DNA of 64,000 nucleotides from NCBI GenBank assembly GCA_973895155.1, contig OZ316898.1, positions 8,915,079-8,979,078 of the forward strand, written 5' to 3'. Below, piece after piece: positions 23,997-37,972 of the stretch. The translations under genes were made by a program, and so were the position numbers. The notes under the pieces are model-generated. The model made no database searches. It had not been told where the DNA came from and worked only from the letters and a program-made list of their open reading frames with translations. The DNA is from Marsupella aquatica (lineage: Eukaryota > Plantae > Marchantiophyta). Position 1 is the stretch's first letter; the number at the start of each line of letters is the position of its first letter.

Positions 23997-26900
23997 ATTC
24001 TTAATGTGTTCAATCTTGCTATCCCAAAGCTCTTTACAGTAATTCCAATACAATGCATCCAAGGCTATCCCAAAACCATTTACAAAGATTCCAATACACT
24101 GCATCCAAGTCCTTTGTACATTTTTTGGGAATTTCTACCAACAGCTTTTCATTACTTTGACACTAAAGATGGTGGTAGTTCAAATACTGCCACAGTTTTC
24201 CCAGAAATTGTAATACTGCCACTATTTTGCTACAAGGTTGCTTGGGTTAACTAAGGTTTGATGTGTCACGCCATGATTAATTGACTATATTCTCGGTCTA
24301 GGTTGTCGTGGGTTTCAATTTTCAGTTGCCCAGGATGTCAAACAGGGTACACGGCGGAAGGCCAGTCAGATTAGGTTTTCATGCCTGGGACTGAATTTTG
24401 AACTGGTAACATGAACCACAGGAGAACAAAAAATCAATTCTGATGGAAGAAATGTCAATTGCAGTGCGCATTGAACATTGAAGTACACATGAGGACAATA
24501 CACGTCTAACAAGCTCTAAAGCTGAACCTAGCCATCCAGAAACACCATGGATTAACATCCAAACAATCCAGATTAAAGCACTTCACGTGTGTTTTCCTAT
24601 TTGTCTCAAGGTGTGTCAGTGCATTTAGCAACAAAACAATCCTACGAGCATGAGAAAGGCTCAGTTACACTGTCTTTGTCACTGATTTGCTAGATTGTGC
24701 TTCATTTTGTGGATGCAAATTTTTGTTGTTGCACTGCACAACATTTCCAGCAATAAAATCCTGTTTCGGCAGGTTCGAAGTGAGTACTTAATCAGTGCTT
24801 GTTCCAATGTCGAGAGCTGCTTTGAGAACTTTAGGTTGGGTTGAGTAAAGCACTGCAAGGACTGGATGGATAGTGCCAACAGACTTGTGTCATAAGGACG
24901 GAGCCTAACCCATGGTTAACCATTGTCTTCCATATTGTACATGTATGTCAAAACCATGGCAGTTTTCTAATATCCAACATCTTTAGTGGTAATGTAGTTC
25001 AAAGCTGTTTTCCTCAATGAGGAGGAGAAACTATATTTAGAAATGTGGACACCTACTGATTTAGCTACTCCCAAACCTTATTTTCTAAGTTTATGGTTTT
25101 TATTGTCATTACGCAAGACAAGTGTCTGAGTATCTTATGTACCCCCTATCTGCACAACTTTTCAAGACTTGTTCTAATTTTCTCTCCATTAATATGTAAA
25201 ATGTGCTGTCTTTTATTTTTCTTTGGCATGTGATGTATTTTACTCTTTTATTTAATCTCACGCAAACTTATCAATACTATTCAATAGTCATCTACATGAC
25301 AGAAAATAAAGCATATTCGGAGATTAAGATTGGTCAATGGTATCCACTAATTATGCTTTATTTCCCTGTCCCAAAGTGGTCAAAATCATTACAATCCCCA
25401 AAACTATTTTAATTATCAGGTTACCCCCTTTTGTATAGGTTAGTAACCAGACTAGAGTAAACCAAGATGACATGTAATTGGTCTATCAACACTTGACACA
25501 TGGAGATTCATAATTTTCCCAAGTTAACCCCCTTCAAACAAAACCGTGCCAAGGGAAAATGCAATCGTATCTGCTACTAGACAGTAGTTGACATTTTTCT
25601 TGGTGAAGGTTGGATGGGGAACCTGGTCCAGGGCAAAGGTACACTTGATGGGGTTTACCTCCAGGGAATCAGTCAGAGCCTCGATGTGCACAAATTAATC
25701 ACATGTGATCTAGGGTAAGTCTAGTTTATTCAAACCGGACCAAAATGGAGGACAACCTGATAATTAGATTAGTTCTGGCAGGGGCAAGTTAGTAATTTAT
25801 AGCAGTTTGTGGGATAGAATAATAATATAAAAGGACGATATATACAGATGTATATTTTTAAACTTGCTATCCCTGTAGCTAGACTTACAAATCCAAATCA
25901 TAAGCCAGTGAATTGAAGATGTGTTACCCTAGTGCTATTTGGATTAGCTCAATAAATAAATAATTTTAATAAATCTGAAGTTTCTTAAAATGTTTTGAGA
26001 TTGAATGAATTGAAATTTCTATTGCTTGATCTGTCTGGATTATCTTAGTCCCTACAAGGATGTAAAACCCTACAAAATATTTAAATACATTGTATGTCCC
26101 TTTGTAAATCCTCTCTATTGTTGGCAAGTATAGAACATTGGGTGAACGTCGCTCCCCGAGGATTTCGAAACGAGCAATAACAATATCAAAATTCTATTGT
26201 GCACTAGTCTAAGATTTGGTTACATAGACTCATTGAACTACCAAGTATACGAACTCAGCAACGTTTGAGAACAAAGGAATACTTAATTTCAATGTACATC
26301 ATCCCAGTGACATTTGGAAAGTTCATGGTCTTCATAATTTATATTGCAGTATTCCTTGTGCATGGACATGCTGTTGAATGCTGCTGACTACGACACTAGG
26401 ACTAACACCTGCCCTACCTGGTCCTTGAGCAAGGAGCACTTTGGTAACACAAAGATTGGATGAACCTTCGATGCCTCCATTTCCCTTCTTGGTTTGTTTT
26501 CTGTCAGAATGTCTTCACCATGGCTACCCTAGGTACCCTGGGATGCCAACTATATAATGTGAAGTCGCACTAGTTGACTTCACTGCGTCAGTCAGCAGGA
26601 AAATGAATTTTTAGTAAGTAAAAAAATGTAGCTGGATTTGTTGTCAAATTAAACTCAGCTAGCTCTTCATGGGATGAAGACCTTACAACCAGTTGTTGGG
26701 GCTATTGACGACATGAACTTTAGTAGGGAGGGTTTTGGATCTTCGATAATGTGGATCTTATCACATAAGTCTAGAAGTGCAGGTCTGAGAGGGACCAAGT
26801 TGCATTGGGATGCATAATTATCTATTTCAACTACGTACTAACCAAAATTAGCTTGGGTTCATTAAGTGTGGAATATTTTCGGAATAAATGTAAGGCTGGG

Positions 26901-27057
26901 TGAATCAAATAGCTTTAATCCAAGTAACGTCAAGATAGGTGACCTAGTGAGGGGTGAAATCCAAAAGTTGATTTCAAATGGGGAGGATTGGGTATGCGGG
27001 TAGTGAGTCAGCACTGACATATTCAAAGACAGGTGCCCATGCTTAGAAATTAGAAGG

Positions 27058-27129
27058 GTTTAGACGCATCTCCCATGTGAAGAAACCGGTGCCCATCCTC
27101 AGTTTAGACGCATCTCCCATGTGAAGAAA
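27058..27129. repeat. 28-bp direct repeat
   Basis: GTTTAGACGCATCTCCCATGTGAAGAAA at 27058 and 27102. Confidence 0.85.
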
Positions 27130-28158
27130 TTGACTTAGAATTACTATTCATTTGGAGATAGAAGGTATAAATTCAGGAAAACGTGTAGAGTGGATTTTCA
27201 TGTGGTCCAATGAAAGGCTAACTTAAGGACAGTCAGTACTAATTCAAAGAGACAATAGTTAGAAATCAAGTCTTGCAGCCATCCCTTGGCTTCGGTCTTC
27301 CTGAAGTCTAGCCAAGATCTATGCAAACAAGAAACCCCATTATTTTGGATGACAGCACGAGCTCACTATTTAAGTACTTATCTTTCATTGGTCTTCCTCA
27401 TTTCCTGTGTTTTGGCGCTCCTCGAGCCTAGCAAACATCCTTAGAATACAAATGACTCTTAGGGTGTCAGCTCAAGCTTGGAATTTCAGTACTTTGCTTT
27501 GCTGTTACTGAAGTCTGGCCAAAATTTATGGAATCCAAGCAACCATTGGGATGACTATCATAATCATTCACCAGAATGATAGGTTACTCGGGACTCTACA
27601 GATTAACAAAATGGATTTCTAATAAAAAATGGATTAGAGATTAAATAAAAACTAATTTTGTTTTTAATTTCAATTTCCAATTTTGATAATTAAGCTGATT
27701 TTTGGACATGATCCAGGATGGACATGTGAGACCCTGATGGACACAACATATTCAATCTACACTTCTGTTCCAAAGATGACACATAAAACATGCATATGAC
27801 AAGTAATAGAAAAGTGGAATACTCTGGTAACTCCTCTGTCCTTCCAATGGCCTCAGTTCTGACTAGTTCAATTGAAGCAGCTGGGTTCCCTTGCTTATCA
27901 TGGTTACCTGTATATAATGTCAGACTTGCGATTCCATATGAAACAGGGAATATGGTGACACTATTAGCGTGTCTCAAAGTTTAAAAGTAAAGATGATGGT
28001 TAATTTTTGACTGTAAAAAAATGGTCATAACTTTTTCACATTGTATATAAACAGTTTGAAATTTATTTGTTTCACTAGCATCTACAGTGACCAATGATAA
28101 TGACATTGCAACCACTCTCTATGGCAAAAAGATGTAGACTATGAATTTAATAGTCCTT

Positions 28159-28373
28159 CACTTTTTGTGTCCCTAACCCCTAACTTTAATTGAAGTTAAG
28201 GTCCATCAAATTTTGAGCTTTGAGACACCCTGTTCTAAAATTCTTCTGTCCTAATTTTCACTTCCACTTCTTGTGTCCCTAAGTAACCTCTAATTTTGAA
28301 GTTAAGGTCCATCAAATTTTGAGCTTTGAGTAGCCCTGTTCTAAAATTCTTGCGTCCTAGTTTACACCTCCAC
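28159..28373. repeat. ~108-bp tandem duplication
   Basis: TTGAAGTTAAGGTCCATCAAATTTTGAGCTTTGAG...CCCTGTTCTAAAATTCTT occurs twice. Confidence 0.85.
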
Positions 28374-30656
28374 ATTTTTACATCACAATATTATTGTTGT
28401 ATTTTTCGTTCTGTGGCTTTGCTGTCTATACTGTCACGCACACGAATCTCGTGTTGGTAATCCATCACTGGAGCTTACATCCCAGGAGAGTTATGTGGAG
28501 GCACCGATCGATACTCGCCACATTTTGGACCTGGTTGTACCTTTATACGGTAACATTGATACCATGGCCGGCCGCCTCCATCGTCTCGCTTCCATCGGCC
28601 ACTGAACGTCGCTGCCCACTCATGGCACACGCTTCTGACTTCTACTGATGCAGCGCGACTTCGGAGACAAGATACAACAGTCAAAAGGAGAACTGCAGTA
28701 CGACACATCGGACTATAGAACTATGGAAGTCATCACCAGGATTCCGAGTCCAGACCACTGAGACCAGGCCAGGACTTTCCTGGAACTCTGATATTAAGTG
28801 CGGCTCAGATCGACGGCGGTTGCAGTGCTGTAGTTTTCGAGAGAAGGAGGTCAGGCGGTGACCTTCGACGATCTTTCTAATAAATGACGATGATAATATC
28901 TGACTTGCGGTATTGTGTGCATTGATTCTGCAGCGATGACATGGTCCTCTCCGTTAGACATGGCTTGTGGTCTCTCCGTTAGACATGGCTTGTGGTAAGT
29001 ATGACTCGTAATCTCGTATCCTAGTCAGAACAGTTTCTGTACAGTACTGAATGAATGTGTAGAATATTCAATGCCTTTAGAAGGTTACCTATTACATTAA
29101 TGATTACTAGTAGTAAATGGTTACGTGCCAGTGATGGGTTCAAGACTCGAGAGTTGGGACATCGCTTGGCAGATTCTCTCCATTATGAGAGTAGGTTCAG
29201 ATTTGAAGTGCCCAATGTGTCTAGCCCTTCTGTCATTGACGTAATACATGGCGGACACTCGTTTAACTTCGATGCCCAATTACGCTGCGGTCCACAACCA
29301 CACGGCCCATCCCGACTCCAGTAAGTTTCGATCCCTTTCTCCAGGAGAGGATCTGGTCGAATGTATTTTACAACAGTAAGTTCCTTGCTACCACTTCTTA
29401 ATCCCAAGTCTGAATGTCAACTTGATGTATGGCTACCGCAAAAGCTTTTGATCGTCGTTTCACTTCACAGAAACTTTCACGAAACAACCCTTCATGCTTT
29501 GTAAGCAGTTCATCGGTCAGCTGCAGGAGACTGTTTTCTTCAGACATTTCAATATAAAGGCCATGTCGAATGGCGTGGTACTGACAACATTTACCTTAAA
29601 CCCTAGACTAAGTCAGGATACGAGAAAAAGCTTGATTCCATCAATTTTACAGTCTTTCACAGTACCTACAGCTGAGAACCAGCGTTATAACCAATTTTTG
29701 TCCACGACACGTTTCCCCTCTTACAATAAAGACATGTTATTTGCAACATGGTGAAAAGGATTGTACTAGTTCCAAGAGCCTTTGTTCGCTTCAAGTTGGC
29801 GCCTTATTTTACGGCCAGTGTTATGTGCAACATCCGTATAGTTACTACCTTGCAATTTATAAAAGCTACAGAAATGAACCATAGTATCGCAAATTCCAAG
29901 CATCATGTTTTCTCGTTGGAAATTATTAAAACTGTGTATCTGATAACAATGGCGACATCTCTTCTCAGCTACTTCTATGTTTTGACGTGAAAGAATAGCA
30001 CGTCGTAAACAGGGCCTCGGCATTTCGCTGCGCGTACGATGTCTCCATAAAACGGTGAGATAGTAAGCTATGAAAGCAGATTTTCGACCGAAGATGAACT
30101 TCGTGCATACGCAAGAGTTGATTGAAGCACGATAACGTGCCTGGAGGTCGTTTACCGAGGGAAATGAAGCACAACACAACACCACTGTCAATCGTACAAC
30201 AGAGTACGATAGAGCACGATCTTGGTAGGTGAAGCCTTCACATCTTGTACGCTCGAATCATGATGAAAGAACGCAACTTGAGCACAGGTTGGAGCTAGAA
30301 TCCTGACTAGTCTTAACTTTAAAAAATGGGGTAGCTCAATGCTGAAACGTGCATTTAGAATAAGGTACAAACAATCAAATTCTATCAAATATTCCGCTGG
30401 CAGAAGAGCCGCGTGAAAAGGTAAAAATTTACAGACCAAAAACTTGGGAAAGTATGAATAAGGTCAATGATCAATGCTCCGCTCTCAAGAACAAGCTGCT
30501 TGAGTTTTGATGCTTAGTACTGCATATATCACTAGTAATGCTACTTTAAGCAGCCCCTCAACAGCTTGAGTCACACGCGAGGGCCTGCTCTGACTTCCAT
30601 CGTCGACCTGCGGAGACGCTTCGCACTAATTGGGATTCAAATATTTTGCAAAATTT

Positions 30657-32964
30657 TCAAGGATTATTAGGGCCACATTCCGCTGGAGGTGTCGCATATC
30701 TGTCTTTGTCATTGCAGTAGGAATACTGCAAGTAATTCTGACGGACCCATCTCAGCTGCTTGATTTGGTTGGAGTTCAGGGTCCTGTAGCTTGGCTGCAT
30801 CCACCAGCTGTTAGCGTCAGCTGCGCATGCGGCTAGAGATGACCCTCCGGGAGCAGTATTGCAACCGTCAAGGCCGAATGCCTGATAACTAGCGACGAAA
30901 GGACCCTTGGTGAAGTCGATGGGAACAGCCCCTCCACGTGTTGCCCAAGTACTAGCATCAAAGATACTTGAGAACACGGACATTGGCTGGCTGGGGTAAC
31001 TGATGCCCAAAGTCTGCAAATTCTTATAAACTCGGATGGGAATGCTGTCAATCAAAAACCTGCATTCCATTACCACCAGCCACGTCAGGTTCCTTCAAGC
31101 TTTATAACCTACTGTGAATTTCATCAACATCAGATGATTTTGATAGAGGGGAACGTTTCTGAGTACTTCACGTCGTTTCGTTGCCTAATGCAAGAAAGGT
31201 AGAATGAACTAGGCATTGTGGTTCTCGAAGAGGCCGGGAATCTGGAGGTGTGTGTGTGCTAACTCGACAACGACGGAAGTAATGTCACCCTCGAAGAACA
31301 TATAAGTCTAAAGGAACTGCTAGGGACAAAGTGGTCAAATGATCAGACTCAAGCGTGATGAAGAGATTTACGACGGAAGCTGCGGCGCTGAGGAGACAAT
31401 GCGCTCAGCCCTGCTTGACTGTAGGAGTTGTAGCGGTATAGATTGCATCAGCCGTTACAACATTTTCTATAGATTGCATCAGCCGTTACGTGCAACATTT
31501 TCTAAGCGAACGTCACAACTGACAACCAAAGTGACATGTAGCTAGAGAACAGGGACAACATTTTCTCAACTCGAAGAAGGATTTAAACAGCGGATAGGAA
31601 TTAATAGTACTCACGTGACTTGTTCTGGATTCCAAACGACAGAGTAGGTGTGGAAATCATCTTGAGGATTGAACCAAAGAAAGATGCGCTCCTCGCGAGC
31701 TCCGACTCCGTTGGCGAAAACATTTGTTTGCACGATGTAAGGTTCTCCAGAAACGTTGCCCAGGAACTCGTAGTCAAGTTCGTCGTGATTACTTCCGGCG
31801 GAGGTCAACTGCATTTCACGTAAGCAATATCCTCAGATGCAATTCAAACTATCCAGGCACTACTCCCCAATAGTACTAGGTGATCACCGGAATGCAAGTT
31901 AGGGCGGGAATCCTAGAATCCAGCTCAACAAAAAAATTCCATCGGCGTAAGCTAGTATCAAAGACTTGCAATGCCTACATGTCTATAGGGGCGCTTTCAG
32001 GATTCCAACATAAAATCCTGCAGTGGATGTCCGGAATGCTTGGTGGTGGCTTCACAATATTTACAGCAGCCAAACTGACAACTTCGGTGACTAGTGTGCT
32101 GAGGTTGATCAGAATCAATCAATTAACCCAGCCGTAGAGACCGGGGATATGCGAGCTTTTCTATTCCCTAGCTCAGTTCGACGTTGAGAGTACGAGAAAA
32201 TGCAAGAACTCTTACGAAATAAGCGGTGCAGACACCGGCCGAGTCGCCCTGGGGCAGCTGCATTTGAGCACTGAAGCCTCCATACAGGAAGGTCTTGGTG
32301 GTTCTGAAGTTCGCTCCTGTTGCATAGTACAGAACGAGCCAAGATCAGGACTAGAATAACGCAGTATTTAGTTACGTAGTGGCATTCTCACATTTGCTGA
32401 GCTGAGAGCGTTTTTACACTGAGAGATAGGCGAAGAAGAGATAGCGCTCTAGGACGTCTAGTTGAAAATTCCGATTTAAATCCGACTCTGTGATCTAAAA
32501 AATGCTGCCCTGTTTTATTCCACAGGATGCCACGTCGTACAGTGGGACCATGCTCCCGAAAATGACTTAAGGGAAGGATACTCCCGAGCCTTGTCCTACT
32601 AGGAAGAAATTAGTAGCAACAAACGAATTAAAGTTTAGTTGGAGTCACCGGACACATTGCATGCACGTCACCAACACACTCCTCGTATTGTCTAATGTCA
32701 TTGACCAGACAATCCCAGGAACACTTCAAACACATGCTAATTTGCAGCTGGAATAGTTTCACTGAGGGGAGACAAAGAAGACAGTAAATGTGTTAACCTA
32801 CCTGAGATCTTGTCCAGAGACATCTTCACTGAGTTTCCATCAGGAGAGGGCTGCACATGATCCGCTCCCCACGTAATCTGGAAGCTATTTTGGAAGAAGT
32901 TTCCTGCACCAGCCGCCAGGACAATGCTAACCAACAGCAACGAGGCCACCAACGCCTTTCCCAT
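30657..32964 (-). CDS. XTH: Xyloglucan endotransglucosylase/hydrolase (GH16)
   Basis: Exons 32964-32802, 32316-32216 (101 bp), 31808-31615 (194 bp) and 31059-30657, the canonical XTH exon sizes. Signal peptide, catalytic [20 protein letters not shown], and an XET_C end ([10 protein letters not shown]...PAEC). Confidence 0.95.
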
Positions 32965-33646
32965 CTTGAATCTCTGAGTGACCGGTGCTTTTCAGTCTAG
33001 CTTCTACCAGTCCTCCTCAAAATCTGTAATGCACCTTGAAAACTTAATCTACTGCAAAGGGACTTCTGAGGTGACTAGTTCTGTACGCTACGACTTTCCT
33101 GGGCCCAGAACTCAATTTCTCCCTGCAATGAGCCACGAAAAACCTGTGTATAGCAGGATTCAACCGACAAGCTTGAACGAGAGAATGCGAGCGATTGATA
33201 GATGACTGCTTAGCTGCTCGTTCCTCAGGCTGAGCTACAGAGACGTCTTCCAAAGCTGAATCAGTCGACCCACTCAGAAGATCTCGCAGACAATGAGAGA
33301 GAACGGGCAATGAGCTGAGCTCAAGTAGTTTCATCATGGCTACCGAGGCTCACAGAGGCAGGCGCAGGCAAGCAAGCCGTCAGTCACTACCGTGAGCATG
33401 AGCTTAACCCGTACAGCAGTGTGGTGGACGCGGACAGGAAGCTCACAGCCTTCTTCGTAACGGGAACAGTTGGGTATTGGCGGTGGTCCGACTGCTTGCT
33501 GCTGCACCAACGAGCTCAGCCCATTCAGATTCACAGACTCACAGCCCAACAAGTGCCTCTGCTCAGCTCCTCGGCTCAGCTCTGCTCTGCTGCCGAAAGG
33601 CGCAGAACAGAGCTCAGTCACTGAGGGAAGGGAAGCCGAGGCAACC

Positions 33647-33937
33647 GTACGATTCCGAGAAATGTACACCGTACGATGTCGCAATGTACGTTTCCGCGAG
33701 ACCTCTGACTTCTGTCGCCGGTACGGGTCGAAACGATACCTGTACCCGTTACAGAGACAGCTCATTCCCCGACTGCAAAGACCTCACTCAACTCCCGTCA
33801 CCCGTCACCGTACCTCGTCTATTATTTATTCAACCTGCACTTATTACACTGTCAGCGGACAGCGGTACTGTACTGTCTTGTACTCCTGTACCATACTGTA
33901 CCCATACGGTCTTACGATGTCACCCGGTGGCCGGTAC
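33647..33937. promoter_or_regulatory. Dense GTAC (SBP/SPL core) cluster upstream of XTH
   Basis: 13 GTAC in ~290 bp (33647, 33664, 33671, 33686, 33721, 33742, 33810, 33865, 33870, 33880, 33888, 33898, 33934), several as CCGTAC. Confidence 0.5.
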
Positions 33938-34539
33938 TTATCCTTTTCCCACTTGTTTGCTAAATTTATCTATTTACAGTCAGCTCTCCGCTAAGTGGAC
34001 ATACCATAAGTCCAAACCCTCGCTAATTAGCAAGTCGTCCTGTTCTTCCCGTTTGGTCCAAACATTTTGCACTCTTTTTTTTGTTCAGTTTTATAAGTGC
34101 AGAGAAGGCAGCACTTAGCGACTTAAGAAAACCCTTTATAACGACTTATGGCTAAGTACGCAGTTTGTTTGACTTACACTATTGGTAAGCGCATGGCAGT
34201 TTTACATAAAATTGCACTTACAATGTATGGGATCACAGATACGGTAGGAATGTACACTTTAGAAAGGGAGTCATGAGAATATAGACTGACAAAGAGCCCA
34301 TTGCATGTCAAGCGACTGTACACTCTTATCCATAAATAAATGCAAATTCTAAGTTGTCCCCACTTATCACATAGTCCAAACACTATTTAAGTGCACACCA
34401 GATGCTGCGCCCCAGGAGTGTGCACTTAAAGAGAGCCAATTGTAGTCGATCAAGCAGCTGTGTACCATCGGGCACCGGTAATACCCCCGTTCAATGAACA
34501 ATAAATTAACATTTTTCTGATTCCGTGTGCTGACCGTGT

Positions 34540-34645
34540 GTCCCCACCGGGAATCGAACCCGGCACGGTCTCGTACTCTTGTTGTCGCTTGTTGCCGATT
34601 CCCACAGTTCGTTGCTACGGAGAACAACTTACCAGTACTCTAAGC
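34540..34645 (-). other. tRNA-derived (SINE-head-like) sequence
   Basis: On the minus strand: A-box-like TAGAGTACTGG and T-arm CCGGG-TTCGATT-CCCGG (B-box). No complete acceptor stem or anticodon arm. Confidence 0.35.
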
Positions 34646-36389
34646 TTTTTCCTTCGGGTGACCTTTCCATTGCCAGATCTGCGGTCAGATCTGCACGCAT
34701 AGCCGCCAGCGTTGTGGGCGCTTGCAGAGCACTTACACTGTAACACTGATTATGGGAGGTGCTGGACGCCTGGACCCTGGAGCTGCTTTGGGTTCCACCC
34801 CCACTCCTACTGCACTGCTGTAGTAGACCAGAATCCTCGAGGACAAGCATGGCTGCAAACGCTGCTGCAACTTGAAGCTTCACAGGCTGGCGAGAGAGAG
34901 TCTCACTGGACGAAAGATTTGAGTCGGGCTGCTACGAACTAGAGCTTCCAACGTTCCTACTTCTTCCAATCACCATGCATGCAGATTGCAGAATCGAAGT
35001 CCTGGACCTCACTAGGTCCAGGACGGACGACTATGGCTGTGAAACGGGCGCACCATGATGTGTTTTCAATTTTGCACCACAGAGCCATTGAGCTGTCCTT
35101 AGAGTATAGGTGCTACTCGAAGCCCCACTCTACATGTCAGCAGCTGTAGACCGAACCATCGAAACGAACACTTGCCAGGACCATTGGAAAGCAACGGTGT
35201 ACCATTTGAAGTAAAGAGTACCCTAGCCAACACTGGTCTTGCAGTAGACCTGCAGTTACCTCGCCGACTCAGCTCTCAATCAAAGCTAAGTAAACCGTAG
35301 TTCAGAAATAGCCACCCTGACCGAAGGAGTTTCCCTTGCTTCTCCCCTTACTGGGTTTTCTGACCTTTGGAATCATGTCTCGATCCCAGTTCAGCTCTTT
35401 TTGTTTCTTTTGTCTTTTTTGTTTTTTGGGCAGTGTACATATGTCAGAGACGGACATCAGGTAACTGAAACACAAGAACCCAAATTGAACTAAACTAGTC
35501 TACAGTAGATAGGAAAATCCTGCCATAAAGAAAAAGGATGGAAAGCCTATGGATAAAAAGTTTTCAAAGGAACTAAGAGACCTGTCAAAAACATGACTGA
35601 AAAAGGTCAAGGAAAGAAAGAGAACTTGTCCTAAACATTAAATGAAGACAGAGGCATGAAATCTATGTCTCGGGTCCTTTTCGAAGTTTCAAAAATTTGG
35701 AGTTTTTTACACTTGAGAATGATGGTTTGGTCCTCCACCAGGCCTAGAAATGATTGCAAAAAACTGGCCACTGAACTGCTATCTTAGACCACTTCCCACC
35801 TGGTACAGGCAAACTGGCAATCATAGAGGAGGGTATGTTACAAAGAGGGCAGGTTTGCTTCCAATACAATAAAAAGTAAACCCAGAACTTTATGAGAGAA
35901 AAACCCTTAGAGAGTTTTGAGAGATATACTTAATGTACCTTCAACCACAACTTTTTTTAATTAACCCACCAAATGGACCCAAATTCCCTCCCAATGGACC
36001 TCTGGGCCCACTCCATACACCAATATTCTTGTGAAAGGGTGCACCACACAGTTCAAGGTGCCTGAGTAGCCATAGGATACCGTCGTTGGGTCTGTGTAGT
36101 AATGTCGACAATAACTATGCAGTGCGTGGATCACGTAAGCTCCGTAACCCCTAGTTGCAATGAAGAACTGGGCGTTGCAACTATGGTTATTGAATTCCAA
36201 CTACAATTGAATTAAATTAAATTAAATTGCGGCAGCATCAAAGCACGCCAGCCCTGTCATGCTCGGCCTCTCAGCTTCTTAGAATACATTGTTGCTATAC
36301 AACAAAAATATATACACGGTATACATTGTATTATGTCAATGTTCTTAGGAAGAAAAAATATTGCGTCCAGCTTCACAGAAACGCTTGAC

Positions 36390-36630
36390 ACTAAAGTCTG
36401 CATGAATAGACAGAACCATGCCATAATCAACATAAAAGTAAGATTGTGATGTATACAGTATGCATGTTGTACATGCATAGTTCACACTTAGAAAAGCATA
36501 CTAGTGTCAACTTTACAAAGACTCTCGGCGTTAAAGTCTGCCCAAATGGACAAAACCATAGAGGGCATGGATTTAAGATTGTGATGTATACACAGTGCAT
36601 GTTGTATGCACAGTTCACACTTTGAAAAAA
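36390..36630. repeat. Degenerate ~140-bp tandem repeat
   Basis: TAAAGTCTGC...AAGATTGTGATGTATACA...TGCATGTTGTA...AGTTCACACTT occurs twice. Confidence 0.7.
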
Positions 36631-37640
36631 ATCAAGACATACGCACATCAATTTTGATTTTAAGCACCTAAACTCCAGTTCACCCTAAACCCTGAGTCCT
36701 CTAACATATATAATACATTTTGTATACATTGATCTCCACGTCTACAAAAAGTGAATCCGGCACTTTGTATTGTGTTGTGGTCACTTGATGTGTGGTTCAT
36801 TTAATTGACACTGGGGTCTGTACTTGTACACATTATGGTCAATGTATACAAGATCTAGTTGAGATGCTCTGTGTTGTGTTGTGTTGTGTTGCGTTGTGTT
36901 GTAGTCGCACGGTGAATGGTTCTTTTGACATTGCAGTCTGTGTATGCATTGTTGTCAGTGTATACAATGTCAATACATTGGCTCATTCCACATTACGATA
37001 ATAGTCAATCGCATTCAATGATGGTGTTGGACATCGAAGAACAGTAGAGCATATTGCATTTTACAATGAAAGACGTCATCGCCCAAAAGATGTGGGAAAA
37101 TATGTTTAAATAATAAAATATATTGTTTGGCAAAAGATGGCTAATGCATGATTGTCGTTATACTAAAGATGTTCTTCCGAAAATATCTCAGTGCAAAATC
37201 CCGTGCAAATATATCATGATTGACTACAAGATTTTTTGTATCTTTTTTTTGTTTAGTCCGCCACCGGGGCGCACACCACCCCCCCCCCGGCATGGAGAGG
37301 AGTATTTTCTATGTATGGATGACTTCCTATGCATAGATGTATATGAATGGTCCAAAAAGTACTTGATTATTGTGCATTGACATTACATTTTATTTCTTGC
37401 TTGGAAAACGTGTCACTCTGTCTGACTTTATTTCACACTAAATATATTTATATTTGGTTTAGTCCTTCTCATTCCCATTGGTTAGATTCTTTACTTTTTG
37501 GGCCCTTCAAATTCAAAAGACAATTAGTGCATAAAGAGGAGGAACATTGTATTATAGTTCTTGATATTTTGCACTAGAATCTATAATTTTTTTGGATTTT
37601 ACACAAGTTAGGTCTAGTATGCGCAGAGTTACTACATAAT

Positions 37641-37972
37641 TGTTAAGGATTGCTCTTAGTCTTGTGACTCATAGGTTACGGCACTTAGGCTAATCACAGT
37701 TAGGATCTTAGCTGAGGTTAGGTTAGTCGTGTGTGACCTTGTATATACCAGGGCTAGTGTAAGCCGCTGGTGGGTGGTGCTAACTCATTGTAACAGAGCA
37801 ACTTGAGGAAGAGGAAGAGCATGTGTGTTCGTCTACTCTTGAAGTAAAGCTTGAGTGTTCGTGTGGACGTAGCCTTGGAGAAGAAGTGAACCACGTAGAG
37901 ATTGTGTCGACTACTTGTGCATGGAATGAGTCATGGTTGTATGGTCGTTGCGAATGACGTCTTAGTTCAACA
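37641..37972 (+). mobile_element. Solo LTR related to the Copia element at 43460
   Basis: TG...CA ends (TGTTAAGG...TTCAACA) and a 5-bp TSD ATAAT on both sides. Shares TAGTCTTGTGACTCAT, GTGGACGTAGCCT and GTGAACCACGTA with the 46432 LTR. Confidence 0.85.

Noticed and set aside
33340-34118. Overlapping 141-213 aa ORFs upstream of XTH
   Set aside because: No recognisable domains or splice structure; consistent with GC-rich promoter sequence.
33983-34435. Possible MITE with GCTCTC..TAAGTG ends
   Set aside because: The TIR match is short and gapped, and there is no TSD.
34540-34645. Functional tRNA gene
   Set aside because: The acceptor stem and anticodon arm cannot be formed.
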